Assembly: GCA_963845425.1 (NCBI GenBank)
Contig: CAWJSC010000010.1
Coordinates: forward strand, 451,968-515,967
From: an uncultured Microthrixaceae bacterium
Lineage (GTDB): Bacteria; Actinomycetota; Acidimicrobiia; Acidimicrobiales; DATDAH01
Length of the DNA stretch: 64,000 bases
Direction: 5' to 3'
Made by a program: the position numbers and the translations under genes. Shown here piece by piece: positions 36,005 to 45,277 of the stretch. The notes beneath the pieces are model-generated. The model saw only the letters and a program-made list of their open reading frames with translations. It was not told the origin of the DNA and made no database searches. Within the stretch, counting starts at the first letter, position 1. Each line of letters begins with the position of its first letter.

Positions 36005-37180
36005 ATGATCGCGTTCACCTTCCCGGGACAGGGCTCCCAGAAGCCGGGCATGGGCGAGCCCTGGAAGGACCATCCCTCCTGGGAGCTGGTCGAGGAGGCC
36101 TCCACCGTCGCCGGTCGGGACGTGGCCGAGCTGCTGCTCACCGCGGACGCCGACGAGCTGCGGGAGACCCGCAACGCCCAGCTCGCCACCTACGTCGCCA
36201 GCCTCGTCGTCCTCGACGCCGTCGAGCGCCTCGGCGTCGATCCTGCACGCGTCGCCGGGCACAGCCTGGGCGAGTACACGGCCCTGACCGCCGCCGGGGT
36301 GATGTCCTTCGCCGACGGCATCCGTCTCGTCACCGAGCGGGGCGAAGCCATGCAGGTCGCCGCCCGCGAGCGGGCGGGGACGATGGCCGCGGTGATCGCC
36401 CTCGACGACGACGACGTGGCCGTGGCCTGCGCCACGACCGACGGTGACGTCTGGCTGGCCAACCACAACGCGCCCGGGCAGGTCGTCATCGCCGGCGCCC
36501 CCGAGGCCATCGAGGCCGCGGGCGAGCACGCCAAGGAGCTGGGCGCCCGCCGGATCCTGCCCCTCGAGGTCGGCGGGGCCTTCCACACCCCGTTCATGGC
36601 CTCGGCCCGCGACCGGCTCCGCAAGGCGCTGGCCAAGGCCGACCTCCGCGACGCGGAGCTTCCCGTCCTCGCCAACGTGGACGCCCGCGCCCACACCACC
36701 GCCGCCGAGTGGGAGAACCTCCTCGCCGCCCAGCTCTGCTCTCCCGTGCGCTGGCGCCAGATCCTGCACACCCTCGGCGAGCAGGGCGTCTCCCTCCTCG
36801 TCGAGCTGGGCCCCGGCACGGTGCTGAGTGGCATGGCCAAGCGGACCCTCGAGGGCGTCACCACCCTCTCTGTGGGCGTGCCCGACGACCTCGACAAGCT
36901 GCTCAACACGCTCTCGGAGCCGCGCTCGGCCGACTGGGCCCACGAGCCCGGCGAGCACCTGTTCGTGACCGAGCGCCTCGTGGTCAGCCCCGGGGCCGGC
37001 CTCTTCCGTCCCGAGCCGGGCGTCGGCGCGGGCTCCGTCGTCGAGCCCGGCACCGTGGTCGGCCACGTGGGCGCGCTCGAGGTCCGCTCCGCCTTCGCGG
37101 GCGAGCTGGTCGACGTCCTCGCCGTGGACGGCGAGCGCCTCGCTCCCAGCGAGCCCGTCGCCTGGCTCCGGAGCGCCTGA
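36005..37180 (+). CDS. fabD: Malonyl-CoA:ACP transacylase with an extra C-terminal biotinyl/lipoyl-like domain
   Basis: FTFPGQGSQKPGMG...GHSLGEYTALTAAG...GAFHTPFM. About 80 extra residues follow: LVVSPGAGLFRPEPGVGAGSVVEPGTVVGHVGALEVRSAFAGELVDVLAVDGERLAPSEPVAWL. Confidence 0.92.
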   Translation: MIAFTFPGQGSQKPGMGEPWKDHPSWELVEEASTVAGRDVAELLLTADADELRETRNAQLATYVASLVVLDAVERLGVDPARVAGHSLGEYTALTAAGVMSFADGIRLVTERGEAMQVAARERAGTMAAVIALDDDDVAVACATTDGDVWLANHNAPGQVVIAGAPEAIEAAGEHAKELGARRILPLEVGGAFHTPFMASARDRLRKALAKADLRDAELPVLANVDARAHTTAAEWENLLAAQLCSPVRWRQILHTLGEQGVSLLVELGPGTVLSGMAKRTLEGVTTLSVGVPDDLDKLLNTLSEPRSADWAHEPGEHLFVTERLVVSPGAGLFRPEPGVGAGSVVEPGTVVGHVGALEVRSAFAGELVDVLAVDGERLAPSEPVAWLRSA

Positions 37181-37182
37181 GC

Positions 37183-38112
37183 GTGGGCTCGACGATCACG
37201 GGCTGGGGTGCGTCGCTCCCCGAGAAGGTCCTCACCAACGTCGACCTCGAGGGCTGGCTGGACACCACCGACGAGTGGATCCGTGAGCGCACCGGCATCG
37301 GCGAGCGCCGGGTCGGTGGTGTCACCTCCGATCTGGCGGTCGACGCCGCCCAGAAGGCGTTGGTCCGGGCCGGGGTCGGTCCCGAGGACGTCGACGTCCT
37401 CGTCGTGGCCACCACCACCCCGGATCAGACCGTGCCCGCCACGGCCTCGACGGTCCAGGAGGGGCTCGGCCTGGACTGCGGCGCCTTCGACCTCAACGCC
37501 GCCTGCTCCGGCTTCGTGTACGCCCTCGTGGTGGCCCACGGCCTCCTGGCGATCGGTCACCGCTGCGCCCTCGTCGTGGGCGCCGACGCGCTGAGCCGGA
37601 TCACCGACTGGGAGGACCGGGGCACGGCCATCCTCTTCGGCGACGCGGGCGGCGCCGTGGTCCTCCAGGCGGCAACCACCGACGGCCTGCTGGCCTGGGA
37701 CCTGTCCTCGGACGGCTCCGGCCGCAACCTGCTCTACGCCGACGTGGGCGACACCATGAAGATGGACGGCCGTGAGGTCTACCGCCGAGCCGTGCGCATC
37801 ATCGTCACCAGCGCCGAGCGCACCCTCGAGCGGGCCGGCGTCGACGTCGACGACCTCGCCCTGCTCGTCCCCCACCAGGCCAACCAACGGATCATGGACG
37901 CCGCCTGCCGCCGCCTCGGCGTGCCCGACGAGCGGGTCATGTCGGTCCTGGAGCGCACCGGCAACACCTCCGCCGCCTCCATACCCTTCGCTCTGGCCGA
38001 AGCCGCCGACGCCGGGCGCCTGGCCGAGGGCGACCTCGTCCTGCTGGTCGGCTTCGGGGCCGGCATGACCGGGGCCAGTGCCCTGGTGCGTTGGGGCGGG
38101 TCCCCCGCGTGA
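37183..38112 (+). CDS. fabH: 3-oxoacyl-ACP synthase III
   Basis: GTG 37183, 3 nt after the fabD stop. ITGWGASLPEKVLTN...DEWIRERTGIGERR...NAACSGFVYAL...PHQANQRI...GNTSAASIP. Confidence 0.93.
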   Translation: MGSTITGWGASLPEKVLTNVDLEGWLDTTDEWIRERTGIGERRVGGVTSDLAVDAAQKALVRAGVGPEDVDVLVVATTTPDQTVPATASTVQEGLGLDCGAFDLNAACSGFVYALVVAHGLLAIGHRCALVVGADALSRITDWEDRGTAILFGDAGGAVVLQAATTDGLLAWDLSSDGSGRNLLYADVGDTMKMDGREVYRRAVRIIVTSAERTLERAGVDVDDLALLVPHQANQRIMDAACRRLGVPDERVMSVLERTGNTSAASIPFALAEAADAGRLAEGDLVLLVGFGAGMTGASALVRWGGSPA

Positions 38113-38164
38113 GTGGAGCGGGGGCCCGAGCGGCCCGGCGGCGCAGCCGCCAGGAGCGGACAGC

Positions 38165-38884
38165 GTGAGCGACGGACGCGTCGCCCTCGTCACCGGGGGG
38201 AACCGGGGCATCGGCCTGGCCTGTGCCCGCGCCCTCGCCGACGCGGGGAACCGCGTGGCCATCACCTACCGCGCGGAGCCGCCCGACGAACCCGGGCTGC
38301 TCCCCGTCCAGTGCGACGTCACCGACAGCGCATCGGTCGAGGCCGCCTTCGCCGCAGTGCAGAACGAGCTCGGCCCCGTCGAGATCCTCGTGTCCGCCGC
38401 CGGCCTGAACGCCGACACCCTGCTGCTCATGATGAAGGAGGACGACTTCACGCGGGTCCTGGACGCCAACCTCACCGGCGCATTCCGGGTGGCCAAGCAG
38501 GCCGCCAAGCGCATGCTGCGGGGACGCTGGGGCCGGATCATCTTCGTCGGCTCGGTCGTGGGCCAGATCGGCTCCGCCGGCCAGACGAACTACGCCGCCA
38601 GCAAGGCCGGGCTCCTGGGCTTCGCCCGCTCGCTGGCCCGTGAGCTCGCGCCTCGCTCGATCACGGTGAACGTGGTCAGTCCCGGCCCCGTCGACACCGA
38701 CATGCTGCGGGCGCTGAACGACGACCAGCGCGCCCTGCTCACCTCGATCGTGCCCCTCGCCCGCGTCGGCCGACCTGAGGAGGTGGCCGCCGCGGTGGCC
38801 TTCCTCGCGTCCGACGACGCCGCCTTCGTGACCGGCGCGAACCTGCCGGTCGACGGCGGCCTGGGCATGGGCGTGGGAAGCTGA
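38165..38884 (+). CDS. fabG: 3-oxoacyl-ACP reductase
   Basis: RVALVTGGNRGIGLACARALA...NYAASKAGLLGFARSLARE...VNVVSPGPVDTDM. Confidence 0.92.
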   Translation: MSDGRVALVTGGNRGIGLACARALADAGNRVAITYRAEPPDEPGLLPVQCDVTDSASVEAAFAAVQNELGPVEILVSAAGLNADTLLLMMKEDDFTRVLDANLTGAFRVAKQAAKRMLRGRWGRIIFVGSVVGQIGSAGQTNYAASKAGLLGFARSLARELAPRSITVNVVSPGPVDTDMLRALNDDQRALLTSIVPLARVGRPEEVAAAVAFLASDDAAFVTGANLPVDGGLGMGVGS

Positions 38885-38941
38885 GCCCCACAGCCGCGAT
38901 GATCCGACGAAGGCAAACCCCGATACAGGAGAAGACCCCCC

Positions 38942-39178
38942 GTGAGCGATGATCTGTTCGAGCGCTTCAAGGGCCATGCCGTGACGGTGCTGGCCGTGGA
39001 CGCGGACAAGGTGACCCTCGAGGCCAACTTCGCCGATGACCTCGACGCCGACAGCCTCGACCTCGTCGAGCTGGTCATGGCCCTCGAGGACGAGTTCGAC
39101 GTCAGCATCGAGGAGGAGGAGCTGGAGGGCATCGCCACGGTCGCCCAGGCCGTCGACCTCGTGCGCTCCAAGCTCTGA
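38942..39178 (+). CDS. acpP: Acyl carrier protein
   Basis: 78 aa. Phosphopantetheine site: DDLDADSLDLVELVMALEDEF. Confidence 0.95.
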   Translation: MSDDLFERFKGHAVTVLAVDADKVTLEANFADDLDADSLDLVELVMALEDEFDVSIEEEELEGIATVAQAVDLVRSKL

Positions 39179-39180
39179 GC

Positions 39181-40365
39181 ATGCAGCGACGACGCGTCGT
39201 CGTCACCGGCACCGGTGTGGTGTCCCCCATCGGCCTCGGCGCGCCAGCGTTCTGGGCCGCGCTCCTCGGGCCGGCGGACGAGGGCAAGACCCGCGAGATC
39301 CACGACTGGGACCCCGGCCCGTGGTTCGACGGGCCCAAGGACGCCCGCCGGGCCGACCGGTTCACCCAACTGGCGGCGGGAGCGGCCGGCCTGGCCCTCG
39401 AGCAGTCCGGCGATCCCAGCGGGGACCCCGACCGCACCGGGGTGCTGGTGGGCACGGGCATCGGGGGCCTCCACACCCTGGAGGACCAGGTCGAGGTCCA
39501 CCGCGTCCGCGGTGCGGCCCGGGTGTCGCCGTTCCTGATCCCCATGCTGATGCCGAACGCCGCCGCGGCGCGCGTCTCCATGCGTCACGGCTTCCGGGGC
39601 CCCTGTGAGACCACGGTGACGGCCTGCGCGGCCGGCACCCACTCGATCGGCAACGCCGCCCGCCTGATCGTCACCGGGCGCTGCGACGCCGTGATCACCG
39701 GCGGCACCGAGAGCGCCATCACCCCGACCGGGGTCGCCGGGTTCGAGAACATGACCGCGCTGTCGACCTCAGGGGTGTCCCGCCCGTTCGACAAGGACCG
39801 CGACGGCTTCGTCATGGCGGAAGGGGCCGGGGTCCTGGTGCTCGAGGAGCTCGAGCACGCTAGGGACCGTGGCGCGGTGCCGTTGGCCGAGGTGCTCGGC
39901 TCCGCCAGCACGGCCGACGCCCACCACATCACCGCACCCTCCCCCGGTGGCTCCGGTGCGGTCGCCTGCATGGAGCTGGCCCTGAGCGACGCCGGGATCA
40001 ACCCCGACGAGGTCGTCCAGATCAACGCCCACGGCACGTCCACTCCACTGAACGACGCGGCCGAGGCCGAGGCCATCGTGAAGGTGTTCGGGGCGAAGGG
40101 CCCGGCGGTCACCTCCATCAAGGGCGTCACCGGCCACAGCCTGGGCGCCGCCGGCGCCCTCGAGGCGGCGGCCGTGGTGTTGTCGATGCAGCACGGCCTG
40201 ATCCCGCCCACGGCCAACCACGTGGAGGCCGAGGACGACCTCGCCCCCATCGACGTGGTCACCGGCGACGGCCGGGACTGGGTGGCGGGCCCGACCCTGT
40301 CGAACTCCTTCGGTTTCGGCGGCCACAACGGCTGCCTGGTGTTCGGGCCGCCACCGGAGGCCTGA
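39181..40365 (+). CDS. fabF: 3-oxoacyl-ACP synthase II
   Basis: RVVVTGTGVVSPIG...TACAAGTHSIG...ADAHHITAP...NAHGTSTPLND...SNSFGFGGHN (Cys-His-His triad). Confidence 0.95.
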   Translation: MQRRRVVVTGTGVVSPIGLGAPAFWAALLGPADEGKTREIHDWDPGPWFDGPKDARRADRFTQLAAGAAGLALEQSGDPSGDPDRTGVLVGTGIGGLHTLEDQVEVHRVRGAARVSPFLIPMLMPNAAAARVSMRHGFRGPCETTVTACAAGTHSIGNAARLIVTGRCDAVITGGTESAITPTGVAGFENMTALSTSGVSRPFDKDRDGFVMAEGAGVLVLEELEHARDRGAVPLAEVLGSASTADAHHITAPSPGGSGAVACMELALSDAGINPDEVVQINAHGTSTPLNDAAEAEAIVKVFGAKGPAVTSIKGVTGHSLGAAGALEAAAVVLSMQHGLIPPTANHVEAEDDLAPIDVVTGDGRDWVAGPTLSNSFGFGGHNGCLVFGPPPEA

Positions 40366-40369
40366 TCCC

Positions 40370-40807
40370 TCAGCCCCCCGGCAGCTCCGAGCGGTTCACC
40401 GCCAGGAAGAACAGGCCGGCCTCACACGCCAGCTCGCCGTCCACCGTCGCCCGGCCGCGGGCCTTGCCCGCCCGCTGCGAGCGCTGGGTGATCTCGACCT
40501 CGATGTCGACCCGCTCCCCGGGACGGACCTGGCGGCGGAAACGGGCCTTGTCGATGCCCCCGAAGAACGGTATGTCGCCGTCACGGCCATCTGAGACCAG
40601 TGCGCCGACGGCCCCGACCTGGGCGATGGCCTCGACCAGGAGCACGCCGGGCACGACGGGGTACTCGGGGAAGTGGCCGGCGAAGAAGGGCTCGTCGGCC
40701 GACGGGCGCCACCGACCACACGTCCTCGCATCGAGGACGATCTCGGTGATCTCATCAACCAGCAGGAAGGGCGGTCGGTGCGGGATCACGTCCTCGGGAC
40801 GCGGCAT
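40370..40807 (-). CDS. fabZ: 3-hydroxyacyl-ACP dehydratase (FabZ-like hotdog)
   Basis: ATG 40807. IPHRPPFLLVDEITEI...FFAGHFPEYPVVPGVLLVEAIAQVG. Confidence 0.85.
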   Translation of the reverse strand: MPRPEDVIPHRPPFLLVDEITEIVLDARTCGRWRPSADEPFFAGHFPEYPVVPGVLLVEAIAQVGAVGALVSDGRDGDIPFFGGIDKARFRRQVRPGERVDIEVEITQRSQRAGKARGRATVDGELACEAGLFFLAVNRSELPGG

Positions 40808-40836
40808 CGGGTCGCCGGGCGACCACCGCGGGCCGG

Positions 40837-41304
40837 TCACGACGCCAGCGCCGCCAGGAACTTGGTGGGCGTGTCCTTGGGGCTGACCTTGTACCAGGCC
40901 TCCTGGATCTTGCCGTTCGTCCCGACCAGGAACGACGAGCGGATGATGCCCATGTAGGTCCGCCCGTAGTTCTTCTTCTCCCCCCACACGCCGTACGCCT
41001 CGGCCACGCGGTGGTCGGGGTCCGACAGCAGGGTGAAGCCCAGCCCGTACTTCTCGTCGAAGGTGGCCAGCTTGGGCGGCAGGTCGGGGCTGATGCCGAG
41101 GACCACGGCCTCGCCGATGTCGCCCAGCACGTCCCGCAGCCCACAGGACTGCGTCGTACAGCCGGGTGTGTCGGCCTTCGGGTAGAAGTAGACGAGCACG
41201 GGCCGGCCCTTGAAGTCCGACAGCTTCACCTTCTCGCCGTTCTGGTCCAGCAGGGCGATGGGCGGGGCCTTGTCGCCCGCCTCGAGTCGTGTGGGATCAG
41301 CCAT
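40837..41304 (-). CDS. bcp: Thiol peroxidase / peroxiredoxin Bcp
   Basis: VLVYFYPKADTPGCTTQSCGLRD. Confidence 0.92.
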   Translation of the reverse strand: MADPTRLEAGDKAPPIALLDQNGEKVKLSDFKGRPVLVYFYPKADTPGCTTQSCGLRDVLGDIGEAVVLGISPDLPPKLATFDEKYGLGFTLLSDPDHRVAEAYGVWGEKKNYGRTYMGIIRSSFLVGTNGKIQEAWYKVSPKDTPTKFLAALAS

Positions 41305-41328
41305 GCGGCGCAACGTAGTCGCCGCCGG

Positions 41329-42816
41329 TCACCCCGCCCCGCCCCTGAAGGCAGCCCATGCGGCGGCCAGCCGGGCCACGCCCTCCCGCAGCTCGTCCGG
41401 GGGCCCGGCGAAGGACAGGCGTAGCCGGTCGCGATGGGCGCCGGTGACCGACAGGGCCTCGGCGGTGGCCACGGCCACGCCGTGACGGAGGGCGACTTGG
41501 GCGTAGGCCTCGGCCACCGGGCCCGGCAGGCGGACCCAGACCGAGAGGCCGCCCTGGGGCTCGGTCCAGGACCAGTCGGGCACCGCGTCACGCAGCGCCC
41601 GGACCAGGACGGCGTAGCGCCCCTGCAGTTTGGCGCGGCGGTTGGCCAGGAACGCCGTCAGCCCGGGTGAGGCCAGGAGGCGCTCGGCCAACAGCTGGCT
41701 GACCACGGAGGAGCCCAGGTCGTGGGTGGCCTTCACCCGGGCGAAGCGCAGGGCCACCGGCTCCGAGGCCCGGACGAACCCGAGGCGCAACCCTCCCCAG
41801 AGCAGCTTGCTCAGGGAGCCCACCACCGCGGTGGGGTGATCCGGCACCAGGGCCGCCAGCGGCGGCGGACCCGGCGTCCAGGCCAGGCCGACCAGCGCGA
41901 GGTCCTCGACCAGCGGCACCCGGGAGGCGACGAGCAACTCGGCGAGGTCGCGACGCCGAGCCCCCGGCAGCACCAACCCCGTCGGGCTGTGGGGGCCGGA
42001 CTGCAGGTAGGCCATCGCGGGGTGGGCGCCCAGCGCCTCGGCCAGGCCCTCGGGCCGGGGACCACCGTGGTCCACCGGCATCCCGAGGAGCTCGGCTCCC
42101 GCGGCCGTGAAGGTGGACAGCGCCCCCGGGTAGGTCGGGTCGTCCAGCGCCACCCGGTCGCCGGGCCGCGCCCAACACGAGGCGGCCAGGCTGAGGGCCT
42201 GCTGCGCGCCGTTGGTGATCACGATCTGCTCCGGCTCCGACGGCAGCCCCCAGGCCCCGAGCAGCTGGGCCACCGCTCGCCGCAGGGCCAGACGACCCCA
42301 TGGCCCGTACCCGGTGTCGGGTGCCGCGGTCAGCAGGTCCGCCGTCGTCACCCCCGCTTCGGGCAGGCCGGCGCCGTCGTGGAGCACCGAGATGGAGAGA
42401 TCCACCAGGTCCAAGGATGGCTCCGCTGACCGGTCGACCAGGCGGGCGACCAGGGCCGAACCCTCCCGACCCGCCGGCAGGCCGACGCCGGCCGAGCCGA
42501 CGACGAAGCTCCCGCTACCGACCCGCCGCTCCACCAGGCCGTCGGCCACCAGCAGGTCGTAGGCCGTCACCGCGGTCCCCCGGCTGACCTGCAGCGCGCC
42601 CGCCAGACCCCGTTCGGAGGGCAGACGGGCCCCCGGTACCACCGCGCCCCGCTCCATCGCCCGACTGAGGGCCAGGGCCAGGCGGCGGAACAGGGGCCCG
42701 CCGCCGACCGACCAGTCGCCCAACTCGTCCACCACGCGCCGGACCTCGGCCGCCCGCGTCCGCCGGTCACCGGGCAGGGTCTGGTCCACTACCCCGAAAG
42801 TGGCTCTGTTGCTCAT
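41329..42816 (-). CDS. MocR/PdxR-family regulator (GntR HTH fused to an aminotransferase-like domain)
   Basis: GARLPSERGLAGALQVSRGTAVTAYDLLVADGLVERRVGSGSFV, followed by a fold-type I aminotransferase-like domain. 495 aa. Confidence 0.9.
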   Translation of the reverse strand: MSNRATFGVVDQTLPGDRRTRAAEVRRVVDELGDWSVGGGPLFRRLALALSRAMERGAVVPGARLPSERGLAGALQVSRGTAVTAYDLLVADGLVERRVGSGSFVVGSAGVGLPAGREGSALVARLVDRSAEPSLDLVDLSISVLHDGAGLPEAGVTTADLLTAAPDTGYGPWGRLALRRAVAQLLGAWGLPSEPEQIVITNGAQQALSLAASCWARPGDRVALDDPTYPGALSTFTAAGAELLGMPVDHGGPRPEGLAEALGAHPAMAYLQSGPHSPTGLVLPGARRRDLAELLVASRVPLVEDLALVGLAWTPGPPPLAALVPDHPTAVVGSLSKLLWGGLRLGFVRASEPVALRFARVKATHDLGSSVVSQLLAERLLASPGLTAFLANRRAKLQGRYAVLVRALRDAVPDWSWTEPQGGLSVWVRLPGPVAEAYAQVALRHGVAVATAEALSVTGAHRDRLRLSFAGPPDELREGVARLAAAWAAFRGGAG

Positions 42817-42851
42817 GGTCCACTTGTGACACAGTCCAAGACCATGAGCAA
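42809..42851. promoter_or_regulatory. 12-bp inverted repeat embedding both divergent ATG codons; overlaps a 9-bp direct repeat with 34-bp period
   Basis: ttgctcatggtc (42809..42820) is the reverse complement of gaccatgagcaa (42840..42851). tggtccact occurs at 42782..42790 and again at 42816..42824. Confidence 0.6.
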
Positions 42852-44034
42852 GTCCCCGAGCGTCCTGACCTCGCCCCTGCCCTCCTCCGGCGCGGCGGAG
42901 CGGGTGGGCTCCTCAGCGATCCGTGACCTGCTGGAACTGACCCAGCGGCCCGAGGTGATCTCGCTGGCGGGCGGCCTGCCATCGCCGGAGGCCTTCCCGG
43001 TGGAGGCCATCACCCGGGCCGGCGCTGAGGTGCTGGCCGACGGGGCCGAGGCCGCCCTGCAGTACTCCACGACCGAGGGCCATCCCGGCCTCCGAGCCTG
43101 GGTGGCCCACCGGTGCCCCCGGCCCACCGATCCGAACCAGGTCGTGATCACCCACGGGTCACAGCAGGCCCTGGACCTGCTCGTCCGGGCCACCGTCCGA
43201 CCGGGCGACACCGTCGCCCTGGCCGATCCCGGGTACGTGGGCGCCCTCCAGGTCTTCCGACTGGGCCGGGCCGACCTCGCCGGCTTCCCCGCCGACGGCG
43301 AGGGCCTGCGGGTCGACGTCCTCGCGGCTCGGCTCGCCGCGGGCCTCCGACCGGCCCTCGTCTACGTCGTGGCCGACTTCGACAACCCGTCCGGGGTGAC
43401 CCTCAGCGCCGAGCGGCGCCGGGAACTGGCCCGCCTGGCCGACCACTACGGCTTCCTGATCGTCGACGACGATCCCTACGGCGCCCTCCGGTGGGCCGGC
43501 CCCCGGCCCCCGGCCCTCAGCACGCTGTCGGACCGCGTCGTGACCCTGGGCACGACCTCCAAGATCCTCGCTCCCGGCCTCCGGGTGGGCTGGGCGGTCG
43601 CCCCGGCCCCGCTGGCGGCCCGTCTGGTGGTGCTCAAGCAGGCCGCCGATCTCCACACGTCCAGCCTCAACCAGGCCATCGCCGCGACCGTGCTCACCCG
43701 ACCGGGGTTCCTCGAGCCGCACCTGGACGGCCTCCGGGACCGCTACCGCCGCCAGAGCCAGGCGCTACAGGACGCCCTACGAGCCCACCTGAGCGATCGG
43801 ATCGCCTTCCACGCCCCCGAGGGCGGCATGTTCCTCTGGGCCCGGCTGAGGGACGAGACCGACACCGCGGCCCTGCTCCCGCACGCCCTCGCCGCCGGCG
43901 TGGCCTTCGTGCCCGGTGCCGCCTTCTCGGTCCAGGATCCCCATCGGTCGGGGCTCCGCCTGTCCTTCGCCACCGAGGGCCCCGCCGCCCTGACCGACGC
44001 CGCCCGTCGCCTGGCCATCGCGCTGGCCGCCTGA
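42844..44034 (+). CDS. PLP-dependent aminotransferase (class I/II, 2-aminoadipate/aromatic aminotransferase-like)
   Basis: SSAIRDLLELTQRPEVISLAGGLPSPEAFP...TSKILAPGLRVGW. ATG 42844 is preferred because it is symmetric with the MocR ATG; GTG 42826 is the alternative. Confidence 0.88.
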   Translation: MSKSPSVLTSPLPSSGAAERVGSSAIRDLLELTQRPEVISLAGGLPSPEAFPVEAITRAGAEVLADGAEAALQYSTTEGHPGLRAWVAHRCPRPTDPNQVVITHGSQQALDLLVRATVRPGDTVALADPGYVGALQVFRLGRADLAGFPADGEGLRVDVLAARLAAGLRPALVYVVADFDNPSGVTLSAERRRELARLADHYGFLIVDDDPYGALRWAGPRPPALSTLSDRVVTLGTTSKILAPGLRVGWAVAPAPLAARLVVLKQAADLHTSSLNQAIAATVLTRPGFLEPHLDGLRDRYRRQSQALQDALRAHLSDRIAFHAPEGGMFLWARLRDETDTAALLPHALAAGVAFVPGAAFSVQDPHRSGLRLSFATEGPAALTDAARRLAIALAA

Positions 44035-44046
44035 GCCCGGGCGCGC

Positions 44047-44076
44047 CACGGGGGCGGCCCGGAGGCCGCCCCCGTG
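44047..44076. terminator. Bidirectional hairpin between the convergent aminotransferase and hup genes
   Basis: cacgggggcggcc-cgga-ggccgcccccgtg, a perfect 13-bp stem. Confidence 0.7.
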
Positions 44077-44092
44077 AGCTGGAGTCGTGGCG

Positions 44093-44368
44093 TCAGCCCT
44101 TGGCGGCAGCCTTGAGCTTGGAACCCGCCGAGACCTTGGCCGCGTTCGTGGCCGCGATCTGGATGGTGGCTCCCGTCTGGGGGTTCCGACCCGTTCGGGC
44201 GGACCGGAAGGTCTGCTCGATGGAGAGGAACCCGGGGATGGTGATCTTGTCCCCGGCACCGACCGCCCCGTAGGCGACTTCGGCGAAACCGTCGAGCACT
44301 GCCCCCACATCCGACTTGCTCAAGCCACTCTTCGCAGCGATGGCGTCGATCAACTCACTCTTGTTCAT
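44093..44368 (-). CDS. hup: HU-family nucleoid protein (short form)
   Basis: MNKSELIDAIAAKSGLSKSDVGAVLDGF...RSARTGRNPQTGATIQI. AGGAGGG Shine-Dalgarno upstream. Confidence 0.95.
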   Translation of the reverse strand: MNKSELIDAIAAKSGLSKSDVGAVLDGFAEVAYGAVGAGDKITIPGFLSIEQTFRSARTGRNPQTGATIQIAATNAAKVSAGSKLKAAAKG

Positions 44369-44455
44369 TGCACCCTCCTGGGCTTCGTCGGACGATCGGG
44401 TCGGTCCCGAAACGAACCGTCAGAAGAGCATGCGAGTCGATTTGACCCCCCAAAG

Positions 44456-45277
44456 TCAAGCATTTCCGGCTTCGAGGCCCTTTCGGAAGCCGGCGACGAG
44501 GCCTGCCGCCTCGGCGGGGGTCGCCCCCTCGATGATCCGCCGGACGAGGGCGGAGCCGATCACCACCCCGTCCGCGACCGTGCAGGCCTCGACCGCCTGG
44601 GCGGGGGTGGAGATCCCCACCCCGATCAGCACGGGCTTGTCGGTGACGGCCTTGAGTCGCCGAGCCACCTCCACGGCGGTCGCCGCCAGGGCGTCCCGCT
44701 CGCCGGTGATCCCCAGGAGCCCCACGCCGTAGACGAAGCCGCGCGAGCGGGCGCAGATCCGCACCAGGCGCTCGTCGGGGGTGGTCGGCGCGGCCAGCAG
44801 CACCGTCTCGACCCCCGCCTGGTCGGCCGCCCGGGCCCAGTGGCCGACCTCGTCGAGGGGCAGGTCCGGCAGGATCGCCGCGGCCACACCCGCACGGGCC
44901 AGCTCGTCGGCGCACCGCTGGTGGCCCCACCGGAAGACGAGGTTGTAGTAGGTCATCACCGCCACGGGGACGGCGGTCTCCCGCTCGGCCAGCTCGGCCA
45001 CGATCGAGCGGGGCGTGGCCCCGGCCGCGAGGGCACGTTCGGAGGACGCCTGGATGACCGGGCCGTCCATCACCGGGTCGGAGAACGGGATGCCCACCTC
45101 GATGGCGTCGGCCCCGGCCTCGGCCAGCGGGTCGAGCAGGCCCGTCCAGCCCGGCAGGCCACCGGTGATGTACGGCACCAGGAGCTTGCGCCCTGTGTCC
45201 CGACCCGCCCGGAGCGCGGCCTCCAACGAGCCGACGGCCTCCGGTGCCGGCGGGACCGGCACCACCACCTCACCCAC
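44456..45277 (-). CDS. trpA: Tryptophan synthase alpha chain
   Basis: [12 protein letters not shown]...[22 protein letters not shown]...[13 protein letters not shown]. The start is one of several GTGs at 45262..45277 overlapping the trpB end. Confidence 0.93.
   Translation of the reverse strand: MGEVVVPVPPAPEAVGSLEAALRAGRDTGRKLLVPYITGGLPGWTGLLDPLAEAGADAIEVGIPFSDPVMDGPVIQASSERALAAGATPRSIVAELAERETAVPVAVMTYYNLVFRWGHQRCADELARAGVAAAILPDLPLDEVGHWARAADQAGVETVLLAAPTTPDERLVRICARSRGFVYGVGLLGITGERDALAATAVEVARRLKAVTDKPVLIGVGISTPAQAVEACTVADGVVIGSALVRRIIEGATPAEAAGLVAGFRKGLEAGNA

Noticed and set aside
36190-38265. A 691-aa minus-strand ORF opposite fabD/fabH
   Set aside because: A shadow ORF. The fab genes on the plus strand carry all of their catalytic motifs.
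44440-44460. An inverted repeat, ttgac-cccccaaa-gtcaa, between trpA and hup, considered as a terminator or promoter element
   Set aside because: The stem is only 5 bp, and I could not place a convincing -10 at proper spacing from the TTGAC on the hup strand.
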